This document shows, one piece after another, positions 8,407 to 15,813 of a DNA stretch of 22,986 bases. The notes under the pieces are model-generated. The model was not told the DNA's origin. It ran no database searches and was given only the letters and a program-made list of their open reading frames with translations. This DNA is from a virus: IMG/VR virus record IMGVR_UViG_3300035694_000088. One strand, 5' to 3'. Within the stretch, counting starts at the first letter, position 1, and the number at the start of each line of letters is the position of its first letter. A program made the position numbers and the translations under genes.

Positions 8407-8738
8407 TGGCCGGTGGTGAGGATGGCCTGGGTAATGAGCATAGTTCGCTGGGTGCGGTGGTGGGTGTGGTGGTCGCAGTGTGTGGGTTCGCCAGTGCCGT
8501 GGTGTGGCATGTCTCGGGTGGTCGGGTGTCGTTGCCGTTGGCGTGGTTGATGACTCCGGTGCCGCCCGGCGTCTTTCAGTTGATCATGTGTTTGGGGTTG
8601 GCGGCGCTGCTGGCGTTCGCGGGCCTGGTGAAGTACCTCGACCGCGACAACGCGGAGGTCGTTTACACCGCGCAGCGGCCGAACAATCCGCCATCGCCGC
8701 CGCCTACGCAACCCATTCGGGCGCGGGGCACACGGTGA
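8403..8738 (+). CDS. 2-TM membrane protein (111 aa)
   Basis: Overlap coupling; hydrophobic segments; Pro-rich tail. Confidence 0.65.
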   Translation: MMAGGEDGLGNEHSSLGAVVGVVVAVCGFASAVVWHVSGGRVSLPLAWLMTPVPPGVFQLIMCLGLAALLAFAGLVKYLDRDNAEVVYTAQRPNNPPSPPPTQPIRARGTR

Positions 8739-8756
8739 CCGGCGTGGGGGGCACGC

Positions 8757-8876
8757 GTGAGGACGTGGGGGCGGCTGCTGCTGATCGTGGCCGGGGTGAC
8801 GGTGGTGCTGCTGCTGGTGGCCCTGCTGGTGGTCAGCGTGGGGGCGGGTTTGGTGAACCTACTGCTGGGTCTGTAG
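8757..8876 (+). CDS. 39-aa hydrophobic peptide
   Basis: MRTWGRLLLIVAGVTVVLLLVALLVVSVGAGLVNLLLGL; codon pattern more gene-like than the overlapping track ORF. Confidence 0.45.
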   Translation: MRTWGRLLLIVAGVTVVLLLVALLVVSVGAGLVNLLLGL

Positions 8877-8890
8877 TCCCTCTGGTGGGG

Positions 8891-8998
8891 ATGTGGACTG
8901 CGGTGGTTCTGGCGGCGGTGGGGACGTTGCTGGTGGGGTTGCTGGCGCTTCAGTTCGGGATATACCTGGGTGGTTTGGTGATTCCCGGGCATGGGTGA
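8891..8998 (+). CDS. 35-aa hydrophobic peptide
   Basis: MWTAVVLAAVGTLLVGLLALQFGIYLGGLVIPGHG; stop overlaps the next start. Confidence 0.45.
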   Translation: MWTAVVLAAVGTLLVGLLALQFGIYLGGLVIPGHG

Positions 8999-9263
8999 CT
9001 CGTCGAAACCCCCGGTGTCGGATAAGGAACGGGCGGAGCGCCTGAGGCAGAACGCGGCGCATGGTGGTCTGGTGGTGTTGCGCGGCGGGTATTGGGATGG
9101 CAACACAATGTGGCAGGACCATTACGACGCGTTGCCGAGGTGCGCGTCTAAGCGGATCGGCTATCCGCCTCATACCGGGGTCTATGCGCGTACTGACCGC
9201 TTTGAGGCGACGCGGTTGGGTTACGGGGACGCCCGGATCTACCAATGGACTCCTAGCGCCTGA
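8991..9263 (+). CDS. hypothetical protein (90 aa)
   Basis: Overlaps the previous stop; ends at a motif copy. Confidence 0.6.
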   Translation: MGDSSKPPVSDKERAERLRQNAAHGGLVVLRGGYWDGNTMWQDHYDALPRCASKRIGYPPHTGVYARTDRFEATRLGYGDARIYQWTPSA

Positions 9264-9283
9264 TAGGCTGGCTTGTGTTCCGG
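9260..9283 (+). promoter_or_regulatory. extended -10 + GTTCCGG box, copy 3
   Basis: CTGA-TAGGCT-GGCTTG-TGTTCCGG, then AGGAGG and ATG 9302. Confidence 0.7.
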
Positions 9284-9301
9284 CCATTCTAGGAGGCTGT
9301 C

Positions 9302-9454
9302 ATGACGCAGACCATTCTCGACCTGATCGCCTGGGTCAACCGCACCGCCCTGTCGGTCTGCGACACCTTCGGCGTGAACCCGATGGGCGCGGTCACCGTG
9401 GTGGCTGTCGTCGCCCTGATCATCTACTTCGCGCAGTCGACCGGGTCGGCTTGA
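9302..9454 (+). CDS. 50-aa membrane peptide
   Basis: AGGAGG RBS; MTQTILDLIAWVNRTALSVCDTFGVNPMGAVTVVAVVALIIYFAQSTGSA; sole gene between two motif copies. Confidence 0.7.
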   Translation: MTQTILDLIAWVNRTALSVCDTFGVNPMGAVTVVAVVALIIYFAQSTGSA

Positions 9455-9496
9455 CGCCCCCACTGAGTTAAGTGGTAGGGTGGGGGCCTGTTCCGG
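9451..9496 (+). promoter_or_regulatory. -35 / extended -10 + GTTCCGG box, copy 4
   Basis: TTGACG (9451)-N19-TAGGGT (9476)-N7-TGTTCCGG; the -10 is flanked by inverted GCCCCCAC/GTGGGGGC. Confidence 0.8.
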
Positions 9497-9524
9497 TCCT
9501 GTCCCCGAGTGAAACGAGCCCACC

Positions 9525-9989
9525 ATGACCACCCGCACCCAAATCGGCGACGTTCTCACCGAATCCTGCGGCGACGAACTCACCGTCTACATCCACCAGT
9601 ACGCCAACGAAGAGCACCACGAAATCGAAATCGACGGCGGCCGCGCCTGCTCAATCAGCTTCGACCCCAGCATCCCCAAAGGCCGCACCGGGCTCCGCGC
9701 CCTGATCGCCCGACTACAGGAAGCCCTCGATACTTATGCGGCGCACTGCGAAAAAATCTACGGCAACCTGAAAGTCGGCGACTGGTGCGTCGAGGTTCGC
9801 GAACCCGTCGGCGACGAACCCCGCTGCCAGCACACGGCCGGGCAGGTCGACGTCCTCGCCTTCCGTTGTTCCCGCGTCGCCCACGACGACTACCACCACG
9901 TCGCCGTCGACGACGACTACAACGTGCTCGCCGTCCGGCACGCCACCGACCGCATCCTGCCCACCGGCGTGCCTTGGTCGGTGGCTTGA
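9525..9989 (+). CDS. hypothetical Cys/His-rich protein (154 aa)
   Basis: First ORF after the motif; C..C..H..H cluster near the C-terminus. Confidence 0.8.
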   Translation: MTTRTQIGDVLTESCGDELTVYIHQYANEEHHEIEIDGGRACSISFDPSIPKGRTGLRALIARLQEALDTYAAHCEKIYGNLKVGDWCVEVREPVGDEPRCQHTAGQVDVLAFRCSRVAHDDYHHVAVDDDYNVLAVRHATDRILPTGVPWSVA

Positions 9990-10288
9990 TGCCTAGGGGC
10001 CCCGGTAGCGTCGCGAAACTGCGACTACCCACCGGGTGGCCCGCGACCGCACCTTTCCTCGTGTGGTCCTACTTCGACGGCCGGTGGTGGCGCGTCGGGC
10101 ACGCCACCGATCTGCACACCGCGCAGGTCGACGCTGCGCAGCGCCTCCTCAACGCCCTGAACGGCACTGGTGGCAGTACCCGCCTGGGCACGGCCGGGCT
10201 CAAACCACGTCAGGGCGCCCGATTCGTGGCCACCGCTCGTGATGGTGACCCGCAAACCGAATGGGAGGCGATCTACGATCATGGGTAG
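9989..10288 (+). CDS. hypothetical protein (99 aa)
   Basis: TGATG overlap; MPRGPGSVAKLRL... Confidence 0.65.
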   Translation: MPRGPGSVAKLRLPTGWPATAPFLVWSYFDGRWWRVGHATDLHTAQVDAAQRLLNALNGTGGSTRLGTAGLKPRQGARFVATARDGDPQTEWEAIYDHG

Positions 10289-10745
10289 CAAACCTCGCCA
10301 CGGCGAGTCGAGGGGGATTGGTCGCACAGTCGAGTACACCGCCTGGCAGTCCATGCGATACAGATGCTTGAATCCTCGCAGTAAGAAGTATCGACTTTAC
10401 GGCGGTCGGGGCATCACGATCTGCGAACGCTGGAGTAGCTATGAGTGTTTCTTGGCGGATATGGGTCGCCGTCCCAGCGCTGAGCATTCTCTCGATCGTA
10501 CCGATAATGATGGTAATTATGAGTTGAGAAATTGTCGGTGGGCTACCCGCTCTGAGCAGTCACGGAATCGGCGTCCTCACAAATGGGGGAAGCTGGCGGA
10601 GTACTGCAAAAGTGGTGAACACAAGTACGAACCCGGTTCTTACTACGTCGAGGACGGTAAACGCATATGCCGGGAGTGCCGCTTGAGGACAGAGCGTCGC
10701 CGACGCGCCCGGAGGCGGGCCGCGCGGTTGCGGATCGCTAGCTGA
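10281..10745 (+). CDS. phage-type HNH (homing) endonuclease with C-terminal Zn-binding region
   Basis: W.SM..RC.NP....Y..YGGRGI.ICERW....FLADMG.RP...HSLDR.DNDGNY...NCRWAT..EQ..NRR motif, then C...H...CREC; lower GC than neighbours. Confidence 0.9.
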   Translation: MGSKPRHGESRGIGRTVEYTAWQSMRYRCLNPRSKKYRLYGGRGITICERWSSYECFLADMGRRPSAEHSLDRTDNDGNYELRNCRWATRSEQSRNRRPHKWGKLAEYCKSGEHKYEPGSYYVEDGKRICRECRLRTERRRRARRRAARLRIAS

Positions 10746-10783
10746 GCCGACCCGTTCCGGTCACTGACGAGAAGGAGGGCACC

Positions 10784-11131
10784 ATGACTGCTGCCGCCAT
10801 TGAAAGGTACGTCTTTCGTGAAGACGACTCGCCGAGCGTGGATTGGGTCGTTAGCTATCGGTTGATTTGGGGTATCCCCCTGAATTGCGTCCCGACCCGG
10901 GCCGAGATTCGGCTTGCTGTGTGGTACCTGCTCGACCGGGGCCTGGGGGTGCGCGCCATCGTGGCCCGCACGGGCCTGGGCAAGGATGTTGTGACCGGCG
11001 TACAGGATTTGCGCAAACAGACCCGCTGGTCGACCACGGCCGGGTCACCCGAGCGGCGGCGGCGCGCTGTCCGTGCCCGCGCCGCCCGCCCGCACTGGCG
11101 GCACCTGCGGCTACTGGGGGTGGTGAAGTGA
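10784..11131 (+). CDS. putative HTH DNA-binding protein (115 aa)
   Basis: GAAGGAGG RBS; EIRLAVWYLLDRGLGVRAIVARTGLGKDVV resembles a helix-turn-helix; preceded by a partial box CGTTCCGGTC (10753-10762). Confidence 0.6.
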   Translation: MTAAAIERYVFREDDSPSVDWVVSYRLIWGIPLNCVPTRAEIRLAVWYLLDRGLGVRAIVARTGLGKDVVTGVQDLRKQTRWSTTAGSPERRRRAVRARAARPHWRHLRLLGVVK

Positions 11132-11337
11132 GCCCGCAGCATCGGGAGCACCGGGGCAGTCCGGCGCCACCGTCGTTGGCGTTGACCGCAGGTGTCGTAC
11201 TGGTGGGCATCTTGATCGTGTTGGCGGTCCTTAACGCCCTGGCCGGTCACTGGCTTGTTTTCACCACGGTGGTTGTGGTGATCGCCGGTTTGGCTTGGGA
11301 TGTGTGGATGGTGGTCAACGGGTGGTTGCGGGGGTGA
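11128..11337 (+). CDS. 2-TM small membrane protein (69 aa)
   Basis: GTGA overlap; hydrophobic pair. Confidence 0.65.
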   Translation: MSPQHREHRGSPAPPSLALTAGVVLVGILIVLAVLNALAGHWLVFTTVVVVIAGLAWDVWMVVNGWLRG

Positions 11338-11816
11338 CCGCCCGAGCGTGGGCGCTGGCGGTGCTGATCGCGGTGTGGCTGACCACGGCCGCGTACCTGG
11401 GTGCGGTGTGGCTGGTGGGCGCGTTGGCTTTGCTGCTGCCCTTGGTCGGGGTTGGGGTGGGGCGGTTCGTCGCGGGACGGCGCGTGCTGGCGGGTCGGGG
11501 CGGGGTCGACAGGGAGGCGTTTGAGTTCACCTCCCGAATGATCGAGGGCACCCTGTTTCAACTGAAAAACCTCAGCGACGCTGACCGGGCCGGTCCGTGG
11601 GGTGACTGGTTGCGCGCGGAGTTGCGGTATCTGCGCAGGGCGGCGTCCGCCCAGCTTGAGGACGAGGCGGTGGAGACGCCGATGCCCATTTTGGAGCCGT
11701 ACGCGCAGTGCCCGAGCTGTGAGCTGTTCGGTGCGCCGATGGCGGAGCTGGATCCGTCGGGTGGGGTGTGGTGGCGGACCTGCTGGGACTGCGGGTACCG
11801 GTGGGTGCAGTCGTGA
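11334..11816 (+). CDS. membrane protein with C-terminal zinc ribbon (CPSC...CWDC)
   Basis: GTGA overlap; N-terminal TMs; two CxxC. Confidence 0.7.
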   Translation: MTARAWALAVLIAVWLTTAAYLGAVWLVGALALLLPLVGVGVGRFVAGRRVLAGRGGVDREAFEFTSRMIEGTLFQLKNLSDADRAGPWGDWLRAELRYLRRAASAQLEDEAVETPMPILEPYAQCPSCELFGAPMAELDPSGGVWWRTCWDCGYRWVQS

Positions 11817-12268
11817 CGGCCGCGCACGCGGCCCCGAGAGCTCGGTCGGCGGGTTTGCCCCGATGGTTGCGGGTGACGGCGGTGACGGTCCATATGACGG
11901 GTGCTATCGCGTGGTTGGGGTTGCTGACGGCGGTCACGGCGGTGCAGGCCTCGACGGTGGGTCATCGGGATCTGATTCTGGTCACGCCGGGCGCGGTCGC
12001 GGTCCTCGCCGCTCTGGTGGCCGCCACGGTGATCAGTGGTGTGGTGTTGGCGGCTGGTACGGCGTGGGGTTTCGGGCGGTGGCGGTGGCTGGTGGTTAAG
12101 CAGTTCATGGTGGTGGTGTTGGTGGTGGGGGGCACGGTGGTGTTCGTGGCGGGGGCGGCGTCGTTGGCGGTGCGGGCGGTGGCGTTGGGGTGGTTGTTGG
12201 GTGTGATCGGGGTGTCGATGGTGAAGCCGGGTGGCCGGGTGGGAAGGCGTAGCACGCCCTCGCGTTGA
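11813..12268 (+). CDS. DUF2269-like integral membrane protein
   Basis: TVH....AWLG, SGVVL..GT.WG..R.RW.V.K and C-terminal S.VKP.GR motifs recalled for this family. Confidence 0.6.
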   Translation: MTAAHAAPRARSAGLPRWLRVTAVTVHMTGAIAWLGLLTAVTAVQASTVGHRDLILVTPGAVAVLAALVAATVISGVVLAAGTAWGFGRWRWLVVKQFMVVVLVVGGTVVFVAGAASLAVRAVALGWLLGVIGVSMVKPGGRVGRRSTPSR

Positions 12269-12269
12269 T

Positions 12270-12298
12270 GTGGTAACGTTCGGGGTGTTCCGGTCGAT
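12270..12298 (+). promoter_or_regulatory. overlapping promoters: GTTCCGG-box copy 5 and SigD-type copy 3
   Basis: GTGG-TAACGT-TCGGGG-TGTTCCGG (12270-12293) and GTAACG (12273-78)-N17-GAT (12296-98). Confidence 0.7.
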
Positions 12299-12340
12299 AC
12301 AGGAGATGTCCGACCAACACCGCAGTCTAGGGAGCCCGCC

Positions 12341-12535
12341 ATGGCCAACACCGCCACCGTCGCCCAGCTCGATCGCCTCATCGCACTACTCGACCGCGCT
12401 GAGGACGACGGCAAGAACATGAGCGGTACTCGGGAGCAGGTGCAACGCTGCCGCAGTGAGAACGAGCTCACCGTTGACCTCGTCGCTGCGATGATCGAAA
12501 TCGTCGAGGAACTAGCACCGCAGTACTTCGCCTGA
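12341..12535 (+). CDS. hypothetical protein (64 aa)
   Basis: GGGAG RBS; first gene after the dual promoter. Confidence 0.75.
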   Translation: MANTATVAQLDRLIALLDRAEDDGKNMSGTREQVQRCRSENELTVDLVAAMIEIVEELAPQYFA

Positions 12536-12557
12536 GCTGCAGGGGGAGGTGATCGGC

Positions 12558-12620
12558 TTGATCAACCCCGAAGGCTGGGAGTCCGTAGAGGGCGGCGTGA
12601 TCTGGTCGCCACCCAACTAG
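12558..12620 (+). CDS. possible 20-aa peptide MINPEGWESVEGGVIWSPPN
   Basis: Strong SD GGAGGTGATC (12545-12554) before a TTG start. Confidence 0.35.
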   Translation: MINPEGWESVEGGVIWSPPN

Positions 12621-12722
12621 ACCCTGCCCGACGCGACCCACTCCGCACCCGGGGTGCGTAGCCAGCCTAAGAAGCTGGCAGAAAGGAGGTAACCGGGACA
12701 GCGTGTCCCGAGCCCGTGATTG

Positions 12723-12752
12723 GCCCCCCGTCGGTTACGCCCGACGGGGGGC
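12723..12752 (+). terminator. 12-bp GC hairpin (terminator or RNA structure)
   Basis: GCCCCCCGTCGG-TTACGC-CCGACGGGGGGC; no U-tract. Confidence 0.55.
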
Positions 12753-12798
12753 ACCCTACCTGCCGACGTTCCGGCCAACCGAAAGAGAAGTGATTGCC

Positions 12799-12936
12799 AT
12801 GTATACCCATCAGCAGTGGGCCGACGGGTGGCGCGCCAGCGCCGCCGATGAGCGCGCTCAAGGCAACGACGAAGGCGCCGACTACGGCGACTATCTCGCC
12901 GACCAGAACCAAGCCGCCGCTGACCGCGACCGCTGA
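12799..12936 (+). CDS. 45-aa acidic peptide (MYTHQQWADG...); may start at GTG 12703
   Basis: Preceded by a partial box CGTTCCGGCC and purine-rich GAAAGAGAAG. Confidence 0.55.
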   Translation: MYTHQQWADGWRASAADERAQGNDEGADYGDYLADQNQAAADRDR

Positions 12937-12947
12937 CCATCCGAATC

Positions 12948-12975
12948 GGTTCCTGCCGGGTGCCCGGCAGGAACC
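12948..12975 (+). terminator. 13-bp perfect inverted repeat
   Basis: GGTTCCTGCCGGG-TG-CCCGGCAGGAACC just after the stop at 12936. Confidence 0.6.
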
Positions 12976-12999
12976 CCCGTTCCGCGAAGGACGCCTGTC

Positions 13000-13530
13000 A
13001 TGGCAACGCCCGAACCCCGCTTAATGCCTAACAACACCACCGCCCGCGTCATCCGCCCCGTACTGCACGCAGCCGGGCTGGAAGGCCGGATCGAGCAGAT
13101 CACCACGGGACGCAACTACACCTACGTGCGCCTGGCCTGGGGCACCGACAGTGACCGGGCGGCCACCATGGACGCGGTCCTCGCCGCGCTGCGCCCCCTG
13201 TGGAGCGACGGCGCCGACCGGGTCAAACCCGTCTACAACGGCATGGTGTCCATTAAGCGCGCGGGCTGGTACCGCACGGAGCCCGCAGCGCCCAGCAATG
13301 ACCTTGCCCGACTGCTGCGGATCGTCGCCGACGGTCGGGAGGAGTACGTATTGAAGGGGATGCCGGGCGATCAGCGGGACGTGCTGCTCGCCGAGGCGGG
13401 CGCGTTCCGCTCCGCTGCCCTGCTCGCCGAGGGGCACACCGAGAATCTGTGGCGGTTGCTGCCCACGTGGCGGCTCACACCCGAGGTGGAGGCCTTGGCC
13501 CGACGGGTGAGCGCTGATGCGCCCGCGTGA
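13000..13530 (+). CDS. hypothetical protein (176 aa)
   Basis: AAGGA RBS; good codon usage. Confidence 0.75.
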   Translation: MATPEPRLMPNNTTARVIRPVLHAAGLEGRIEQITTGRNYTYVRLAWGTDSDRAATMDAVLAALRPLWSDGADRVKPVYNGMVSIKRAGWYRTEPAAPSNDLARLLRIVADGREEYVLKGMPGDQRDVLLAEAGAFRSAALLAEGHTENLWRLLPTWRLTPEVEALARRVSADAPA

Positions 13531-13582
13531 CGTCCTCGCCCAGCACCTGGACCTCTTCGCCCCGCCTGAAGCGGGCCACCCG

Positions 13583-13616
13583 AGACCCCACCTAGATCTC
13601 TTAGGTGGGGTCTTTC
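13583..13616. terminator. probable bidirectional terminator between convergent genes
   Basis: AGACCCCACCTA-N7-TAGGTGGGGTCT followed by TT; overlaps the minus-strand stop at 13601. Confidence 0.65.
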
Positions 13617-13873
13617 AGCGTAGTGATCGTGACCTTCGAGCGCGGCCCGTACGGGAAATCGATCGAGTGCACGCCACGGGCCGGATAGTCCGGGAAATCA
13701 CCCACCATTCCCCGCCCCGGCGTCATGCACGCGTCCTCGACGACGTTGAGCCCACCGCCCCAGTCGGGCCGGGTGGTGCGCACCGCGTGCAGGCCGGTCA
13801 CTGTCGGGTCCACCCGTTTCGCGACCCACAGCACCGCCCACAGTGCCCGGTTGACCATTGCGCGTCTGTCCAC
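13601..13873 (-). CDS. hypothetical protein (about 90 aa), probably leaderless, against the operon direction
   Basis: Minus-strand TAGAGT (13886-13881) 7 nt before GTG 13873; MDRRAMVNRALWAVLW...; fills a gap with no good + gene. Confidence 0.5.
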   Translation of the reverse strand: MDRRAMVNRALWAVLWVAKRVDPTVTGLHAVRTTRPDWGGGLNVVEDACMTPGRGMVGDFPDYPARGVHSIDFPYGPRSKVTITTLKDPT

Positions 13874-13896
13874 CCCGGTCACTCTACGGGCCGGTT

Positions 13897-13920
13897 GTGG
13901 CACGGTGGACGGTGTTCCGG
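13897..13920 (+). promoter_or_regulatory. extended -10 + GTTCCGG box, copy 6
   Basis: GTGG-CACGGT-GGACGG-TGTTCCGG, then GAGGAG. Confidence 0.65.
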
Positions 13921-13948
13921 CCGTCCGGCCGGACCCCTGTGAGGAGTG

Positions 13949-14275
13949 GTGACGTTGGTGGAGCTGTCTGGCGTGCCCAGGGAGTATTTGTTCTGTCGGG
14001 CGTTCGCGCACACCTGGGATCACGGTCCGGCGCCGGTGCAGCGGGAACCGCGCAAGGTGCCCGAGACATGGGTGACGCGTGGCCGGTGTACGTCGTGTGG
14101 CATGAAGCGGTGGCAGTGGCTCGCGCCGGGCACGTGCAAACCGCAGTCCGATTGGGCTTATGAGCCACCGGAGGACTTCACGCGGCATCTGCACCTGGTG
14201 ACGAAGCCGGAGGCTCGCACGGAGCTCGCCAGGCGTGATCAGGTTGGTGGGAAGCGGTACCGCAAAGCCGGTTGA
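13949..14275 (+). CDS. putative Zn-binding phage protein (CR...H.W...CxxCG)
   Basis: GAGGAG RBS; C-x4-H...CxxC pattern; exact start uncertain (13949/13955). Confidence 0.7.
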   Translation: MTLVELSGVPREYLFCRAFAHTWDHGPAPVQREPRKVPETWVTRGRCTSCGMKRWQWLAPGTCKPQSDWAYEPPEDFTRHLHLVTKPEARTELARRDQVGGKRYRKAG

Positions 14276-14316
14276 CACCAACCAGCGCGGACGTGGTAGG
14301 GTGGGTCCTGTTCCGG
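14272..14316 (+). promoter_or_regulatory. -35 / extended -10 + GTTCCGG box, copy 7
   Basis: TTGACA (14272)-N19-TAGGGT (14297)-N6-TGTTCCGG. Confidence 0.85.
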
Positions 14317-14347
14317 TACCCGCATCTACTCACAGGAGACACCCACC

Positions 14348-14518
14348 ATGTCCGCGCCCGTCACCACCCGCCCCGTCACCCAAACCCTCGCCCGTCGCAG
14401 CGTCGAACCAACCGCCCGACGCCGCGCCAGCGACCACAGCGCCCACGGCCAAACCCGAGGACGCGGCGCCGTCAAGTACGCCGCCGTCGCCGCCTCACTC
14501 GCCGAGTGGGCCGAGTGA
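14348..14518 (+). CDS. 56-aa basic protein (MSAPVTTRPV...)
   Basis: AGGAG RBS; TGATG overlap with the next gene; not in track. Confidence 0.7.
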   Translation: MSAPVTTRPVTQTLARRSVEPTARRRASDHSAHGQTRGRGAVKYAAVAASLAEWAE

Positions 14519-14679
14519 TGTTCAGTCGCCAATCCCCCGACGCCGACGCCGCCGACACCCTGAACGGCCACGTGGGCGAAGTGCTCACTGATCCGCGCAT
14601 GACCGACGACCTGCGTCGCATCGTCAGCGCGGTCGGCGACCAGGCCACCTGGGAAGCCGGGGAGTACCGGGCGTCATGA
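14518..14679 (+). CDS. 53-aa protein (MFSRQSPDAD...)
   Basis: Overlap coupling at both ends. Confidence 0.6.
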   Translation: MFSRQSPDADAADTLNGHVGEVLTDPRMTDDLRRIVSAVGDQATWEAGEYRAS

Positions 14680-14912
14680 CCACCATCGAGGCGCGCGGCG
14701 ACCGCGTGATCCGACTGTCCGTGCCCGGCTACCCCGGGCGCGTCACCATCGTCCCCCACATCAACGTGCCCTACGTCATCACCGTCTCCAACGGCGCCGG
14801 GCGTACCAGTCACCTGCCCATCGCTGGGCACCCCGACGTCGTGCGCTCCGTCGCCGAAACCATCCTCATCGGGGAAGCCCGACGGGCCGGAATCGAGGTA
14901 GTACCAGCATGA
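14676..14912 (+). CDS. hypothetical protein (78 aa)
   Basis: GGGGAG RBS, ATGA overlap. Confidence 0.7.
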   Translation: MTTIEARGDRVIRLSVPGYPGRVTIVPHINVPYVITVSNGAGRTSHLPIAGHPDVVRSVAETILIGEARRAGIEVVPA

Positions 14913-15457
14913 CCAGCAAGCTGAAGGTCTACTCCCACATCGACTCCGGCAACGCCATGCTGCCCCGCGACGTCCTCGAAGCGCTGGGCGCAAACAGGTG
15001 GGTCCGGCAAGGCCACCTCTACGTGTGGGCCACCACCGCCAAAGCCGCAGCGCAACGCCTCGCCGAACTGCGCCTGGGCAGCGGCTCCCCCCGTGAGCTG
15101 CGGATCTGTGACCACTTCAGCATCATCGACGCTCTCGCCGCAGCCCACAACTGGCCCGATGGCACCGTGCTCGCCACCAGCCTGGGCGACGGTGGTCCCG
15201 TCGTCGAGATCACCGAGAACCCCGACCGGAGCGTGCTCGAAACCCCCCGCGAACTGCGCTGCGTCGGCGAACTACGCCACGGCATCAACTTTCACCCCGC
15301 CGACGGCCTGGAGCCTGCCGTCACCGATGCCATGGTCGGAGCTGCCCTCGATGCCCTCGGAGAGGCCGTGCCTGACGGCGTGCCCGTCGGATGGCTGATG
15401 CGCAACATCCGCCCCGCCATCGCCGCTGCTCTGACCGCCCAGAAGGACGGGTCATGA
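14909..15457 (+). CDS. protein with C-terminal VTDAMVxAA module (1 of 3)
   Basis: EPAVTDAMVGAALDAL...IRPAIAAALTAQKDGS. Confidence 0.8.
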   Translation: MTSKLKVYSHIDSGNAMLPRDVLEALGANRWVRQGHLYVWATTAKAAAQRLAELRLGSGSPRELRICDHFSIIDALAAAHNWPDGTVLATSLGDGGPVVEITENPDRSVLETPRELRCVGELRHGINFHPADGLEPAVTDAMVGAALDALGEAVPDGVPVGWLMRNIRPAIAAALTAQKDGS

Positions 15458-15813
15458 ACTACGTCACGGCCCGCTACCACCGCTACGGCCTGCACGCGAT
15501 CATGGACTACAGCGAGAAGCAAGCCTGGTTCGACCGCCTCCACGGCAAACCCGTACCCCTGCGGGACTTGCCCCTCAACGGTGACCACTGCCTCGCCACC
15601 ACCGTTGACGGGCTCTGCGGAACCCCCCTGCTGATCGACGGCACGTGCTTCTACGTCGACAACCACAGTGCACCGGCCGAACCTGAAGTCACTGACGCCA
15701 TGGTCGAAGCCGCTTACGCGGCCCTCGACGCTCACGACCTCGACGATCTGCCAGGGAACGCGCTGCGAGCCCTGATCGTCGCCGTTCTGCGAGCGCAGCG
15801 GGATGCGTCATGA
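15454..15813 (+). CDS. protein with C-terminal VTDAMVxAA module (2 of 3)
   Basis: ATGA overlap; EPEVTDAMVEAAYAAL...LRALIVAVLRAQRDAS. Confidence 0.8.
   Translation: MNYVTARYHRYGLHAIMDYSEKQAWFDRLHGKPVPLRDLPLNGDHCLATTVDGLCGTPLLIDGTCFYVDNHSAPAEPEVTDAMVEAAYAALDAHDLDDLPGNALRALIVAVLRAQRDAS

Noticed and set aside
8480-8998. Track ORF of 172 aa as one gene
   Set aside because: Overlaps 8403-8738 and its Gly/Ala-rich middle is the off-frame reading of a hydrophobic 39-aa ORF; split into two peptides, with moderate uncertainty.
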